This document shows positions 59,225 through 64,000 of a stretch of DNA of 64,000 nucleotides, piece by piece (position 1 is the stretch's first letter; every line of letters begins with the position of its first letter). This DNA comes from Octopus bimaculoides (lineage: Eukaryota). The notes under the pieces were generated by a model. The model was given only the letters and a program-made list of their open reading frames with translations. It made no database searches and was not told the origin of the DNA. The position numbers were made by a program, and so were the translations under genes. Location of the stretch: positions 52,428,796-52,492,795 of the forward strand of contig NC_068981.1 in the NCBI RefSeq assembly GCF_001194135.2, given 5' to 3'.

Positions 59225-59740
59225 AGTAAAGGTACAAGGCCTGAAATTTTGGGAGAGGGGACTAATCAATTGCACTGACCCCAATTATCAACTGCTACTT
59301 ATTTCATTGTTCCTGAAATGATGAAAGGCAAAATTAACCTTGGCAGAATTTGAACTCTTCTCAGAAGTAATAATAATAAATAGTTTCAAATTTTGGCATG
59401 AGGCCAACAATTTCAAGGGAGGGGGTAAGTTGATTACATTGACCCCTGCAGCATTTGAACTTAGAATGTGAAGCTGGAAGATATATCCCTAAGTATTTTA
59501 TCTGGCATGATAATTCTTCCAGCTCACTGCTTTATAATAATGGTTTTAAATTTTGGCACAAGGTCAGCAATTTCGGGAGAAGGGGGTACGTTGATTACAT
59601 TGATCAACTGGTACTTATTTAATTAATCCTGAAAGGCAAAGTCAACCTCAGTGGAATTTGAACTCACAAAGTAAAGATAGATGAAATGTCACTAAGTATT
59701 TTGCCTGGAGTGTTAATGATTCTGCCAGCTTGCCATCTTA
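59225..59740 (-). mobile_element. Three tandem co-oriented SINEs with a Meta-like domain
   Basis: Repeated TTTCAAATTTTGGCACAAGG..GGAGGGGG..GATTACATTGA..GAAAGGCAAAGTCAACCTC..GAATTTGAACTC blocks separated by (TAA)n. Confidence 0.8.
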
Positions 59741-62119
59741 AATAATAACAGAAAAGTAGAAAATGCATAGAGATAAAGTTTTTAAATAGATATTTCTTCC
59801 ATAAACCATCGTTTTAAGAAATACAAAGATTTTTTTTTGTCTAAAAAAGACTGTATATAAACTATTCCATAGTTTTGTTTACTAATGGAGAAATTTTAAA
59901 TTACATCATGTAACTACTTCATTAACACTCCCCCACACATATTGCCATCCTATCCCAATGACATTAAAACAATTATCTTCTACATAGCATGAGATAACAT
60001 TTGCACACCATCCTCAAATACACATGAACAACTTGGGGTCACAATGAAATCAACAGTCTCATCAATTCTACCACTGCACGATTCAAAGAAAACAGAATTT
60101 AACACTTTGTATACTACATCATAACACAACAACAACAGTATTTCACAAACAAGTTGAAGCACCAGTAAGATGTTTATTGCATAATGCTACTATCACTTTC
60201 CCCATTCAACAACCAAGATGTTAGTAAATTAGTTTTATTTCCTGAAGAATCTTAGAAACTATTGAAGAAAATCCAAATATTTAATCAATAACTCATCAAA
60301 ACAATTTTCTCACTTTCTTTGGAATTTTGCATTTTTAGCAAGTTATTTCAGTGTAATAACAAACAACTGCACTAGAAAAACAAATGTGTTAAATATGCTT
60401 TCAGTTTTACAGCAACACTTTTTCACAATAATATTGCAAAATACATGCATACATTAATGACAACAGTGAAGAATATTTTTTAATATGTAGCTATGAGTGC
60501 TTATCAAATGCAAGCCTTGCTTATTTGTTGGTTTGAGGAGAAACGACAGTGATTATAACCTTCTCATACCCTCTCCTACATTGGAAAATGGAACCAACTG
60601 AATGAAATTGTTTATATTTAATGTTCTGTTTGAATGTTAGCATACTAGTGGCTGAATACAAAATATTGGCAGAGAAGAAGTTGAAGATATAGCAGTTCTT
60701 TACCAGGCAAAGATAAACTTGCGAGCTTGGGAAGTGGAGAAAGAAGAGCTAGAAGAGTCCACTGCTGTAAATGTCAAAGATAACATTAAGTTGAAAATGA
60801 GCAATAAACATGCAAAAGTTTATTAGGATGTTTTTAGAGGCATGAATGAGAAGCAATAGTGGAGAGTACCGAGAGCTTGATGCCACATATTGTGCAGAAA
60901 CAATTTTTGTTGTCTGAATGACACTCTTGCACGAAGAACAATTGCAAACAATTACCTCACAGTTATTGATAAAGAAACATTTCCAGTAGAAACAATAAAC
61001 CGTTTTTTTTTTTTGCCTGTATGCAACAGGATCAGCTCTAGTTATCCACTTCAAATTTGTTGTAGGTTTTCATTGCACAGAAGATAGTCAGATATAGCAA
61101 AGAAGATAGTTTCTACCATTTTGTTAACATTTCGTTGGTGTGGTTAGACTCAAACCAGACCTGATCTAGCAGGCCTATGAACAAATGCTTTCCAGCAGTG
61201 ACAGTCCCATATTCTTCAAAAATAATATAGCTAGAACCACATTATCCAATATGTTCTTCCTTTTCAAAGATAGCAGGCATAGTTTGAGATAATTTGTTGC
61301 TATTTCTAAGGTAAAAATCTTCCTGGGTTGAATTTCCATGTTAAGTTGTAGAATTGAACATTCAGGCAAGAAGTTGCTGACATGGAACTGTATGCAAATC
61401 AAAGTAGGAGGGTACTGTGGCATACACTGAAGCTGTAGGTGCATGCACGGATGAAGTCAACCACAGATGTAGACCTCTATGGTAATAGAGAATTTTAAAA
61501 CAATTTTCTGTCTGCTTAGATAGATTCATAAAACATGAAAAATACCCACTAACTTACATTGAAAATCATAAGACCTATTATTAAATAGTTCGAAAAATAA
61601 ATAAGTTGAGTTTAATGTCATGTATGAAACTTGTCTGAAAGAAAAATACATTAAACACAAATATCTTGGAAAATTCTTGACATTCTTATATTAGTCTCAC
61701 TCTCTCCTAAATAAAGACACTAAATTAGCCCAATATAAAAAATATAGCAACATAGATATGTTTGGATGTACAATAGTACAAGTTAGAATGTTTTCATTCC
61801 TCCCTTTCTTATTGTGTTCAATGTTTGGAAAATGTTTGCTGAAATGCAACTTTATTGCACTACATTTTAAATAGGAAAAAAAGAAATCTTAGTTCATAAA
61901 ATCACTGAAACATCCTTCTTTGAGATAATTATCCCACTCTCATGTTCAATAGAAACTGTGCAAGTAACTTGCATAGAAGAACAGAATGAAGGAAATGACT
62001 CGTTTTGACAACCTACTTTTGATGTAATTAACCGTTATCTGAACCAGTATATCTAATGAATTTTGAAAAGGTTTCTCTATGGTGGAAGCAATGTATAAAA
62101 ACAATCACAGAGTTCTTTT

Positions 62120-62900
62120 GCTAAGTCATGGCATAAAGTCCTCACAAATTTCCTATCATAGAGGAGGAACACCAGCCAGACGTTCCATGACAATCAGCAA
62201 AGAAATAACTGTAAAGAAAAATAGCTTCATTTTTTTTTTGTTTCTGGAAATGGCTTACAAAAATAAAAATTGTTCCATAATGTCTCTTTTACAAACAAAT
62301 CTATTGAATGTAATTAGTTGAGCTTCTTCAGTTATGTCAGGTGATTCATCCAGCAGGACGATAAATGAAAAACCATTGTTTAATATAAGCTTTATTGACA
62401 GTTCTGCCTTCCACCACAACATGCATTGAGTGCTATATAGGAAGTCCATTTGGTTGGGAATCTTGTTCAGGTTTTCTGGCTTTATCTAGATCAGACTTTC
62501 AGACCTACCCCTGATTGGTTTTCCTGACAGAATCTCTTCATATCCAGCATAACATGCTCTCTTCTTGCAGTACAACACATGCCATTAACCACCAAATGTT
62601 TGTTTCTGACAACATATCCACCCACCACTTTACCTTTGCTAGTACATGTAAGTTGGTATGATGAAAAAGTTTTCTCCTATACACAAGGTAGCATGTGGGT
62701 TTCTGAGAGAAATTGTACCTCCACCTGGAATGAGTGACACTACAAATACCCAACAAACATCTCTCTACCTGGGTCTGTGACAGTTTTTCTTGCCATGTAT
62801 TGATACAATGCCATTTTGTTTTTGTCATTTCATGCATGAGTGCTGGGTTATAGCTAATGTGACCTTTCTGTCTTCTCTACAAACAAGACTCTTAGCTTCT
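62120..62900 (-). pseudogene. hAT (Buster/Charlie-like) transposase remnant
   Basis: FSFIVLLDESPDITEEAQLITFNRFVCKRDIMEQFLF-CKP, followed by a G..SSMIG segment (cf. LQLDESTD...EDFLFCKP and DGAPSMLG); multiple stops and frameshifts. Confidence 0.75.
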
Positions 62901-63332
62901 CTCAAATCTTTTTTTTTTTTTTTAAATTCCAGTGAGACTCAGGCTTTTGATGCTGCTGCTATATTTAGGTGTTGTTAATGCTGCTGCTGCTGGTGTCTGT
63001 GGTAGATATGGTAGTACTGGTGTTGGTTGCAATTGTGGTGATTTTTGCCTGTATCAACCTTCACCATATCCATGGCTGACACTATGTTGCTGTTGTTGAT
63101 GGCAGTGACTAGTGTCCAACAGTTGGCTTAATAAGTGATGGTATCAATATTATCATTGTTAACTGATGATAGTGGCAGTGATGGTTGCGCTGTTTTTACT
63201 GGTAACCACCACTACCAGAGTAATGGAGCTGACCACCTGGAATGTAAGAAACGGTGTGTTTCTGCAACAAGCTTCTGTCCCCTACAATTATTGTCACTAC
63301 AGGAAAAAAAAATTACCTCCAAACACCTAGAG

Positions 63333-63662
63333 AAGGGGTTCTCAACTATTTATTCATGAACCCCTTTGATTACTATCTCATTCTGGTGGACCCCCCATAG
63401 CTATTCAATGTTCAAAAACTAGTTTTATAGAAACTTCTTTCAAAATCCCTGTTTAGTTTTATACACATTAACCTGTGTAGGTTGAACTATGTAAAATGTT
63501 AGAGAGAGAGAGAGATAGAGAGAGAAATCTGTTTCTTGCAATACATACATCTAAAGCAAAATTCTTTCAGGGGCCCTTAAAATATTATTGTGGACCCCCA
63601 ATTTATTATTTTATTATGTGGAGCCCTGAAAATCTTATATGGACCCTGGTTGAGAATCACTG
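63333..63662. mobile_element. hAT/Charlie-type MITE
   Basis: Imperfect TIRs AAGGGGTTCTCAAC and GTTGAGAATCACTG, internal repeated GTGGACCCC motifs, and CTAG in the left flank. Confidence 0.7.
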
Positions 63663-64000
63663 ACCAAGTACATCTTAGAAAACACTAGCAGAGATGCCTG
63701 TGTTACATGCAATTGAAAAATGAGACTTTTCTGTTATATTTTCTGTAAGGAACTGGAATACATGATTCGAATTTCATCAAAATTGCACATGAGGGTTCTT
63801 TCCCTCTTTACACACCCTAAAAAAATTCTAATCATGAGACATGTATCCCATACTATTGATCTTTATGCACATATTCCAAAATTTCAGTCTTCTGGAACCT
63901 GTAAAAAAGATTTTGCTCCTGCAAAATGGAGCTCATGGAGCTCTAAAATGTGGGAATGAAGGCCCCTATTGGGGGTGGGGGTGTTAATGTCAACCAGAGA

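Noticed and set aside
59950-61100. Helitron or other transposase-like broken frames
   Set aside because: The composition is protein-like, but no diagnostic motif could be matched.
56219-64000. CYC1 first coding exon or promoter
   Set aside because: No ATG plus donor combination encoding a convincing presequence and no CpG-rich promoter was found; it probably lies beyond the window.

Overview
AT-rich eukaryotic genomic DNA, dense in repeats and introns, with two N-gaps. The repeat content suggests an octopod cephalopod such as Octopus (inference). I reconstructed three spliced genes by hand from GT-AG sites and frame continuity. (1) The last four coding exons of SLC25A26 (mitochondrial SAM carrier, +, 641-8810). 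(2) An apparently complete CEP83/CCDC41 (-, 34455-9784, 11 coding exons, about 730 aa), with a likely promoter near 37.5 kb. (3) CYC1 (cytochrome c1, -, 56218-47426, 7 exons); its first coding exon was not found in the window. The rest is transposon-derived: RTE/RTEX LINE 3' fragments and their tails, several tRNA-derived SINE families, two full-length but decayed mariners, two irritans-like mariner copies, maT and hAT/Buster remnants, piggyBac-, Tigger- and hAT-type MITEs, and Penelope remnants. I found no prokaryotic system, CRISPR array or rRNA/tRNA gene. The most unusual signals are structural: a fold-back palindrome at 45794-45940 nucleated on the RTE tail's own palindrome that captured flanking DNA, a 332-bp hairpin element at 42859-43190, a variable-copy double-hairpin array in the RTE 3' UTR, CpG-decayed hammerhead-like relics, inverted TE pairs bracketing exons, and a CYC1 intron displaced by 13 nt relative to human. 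Family assignments and human comparisons are from recalled knowledge, not database searches.
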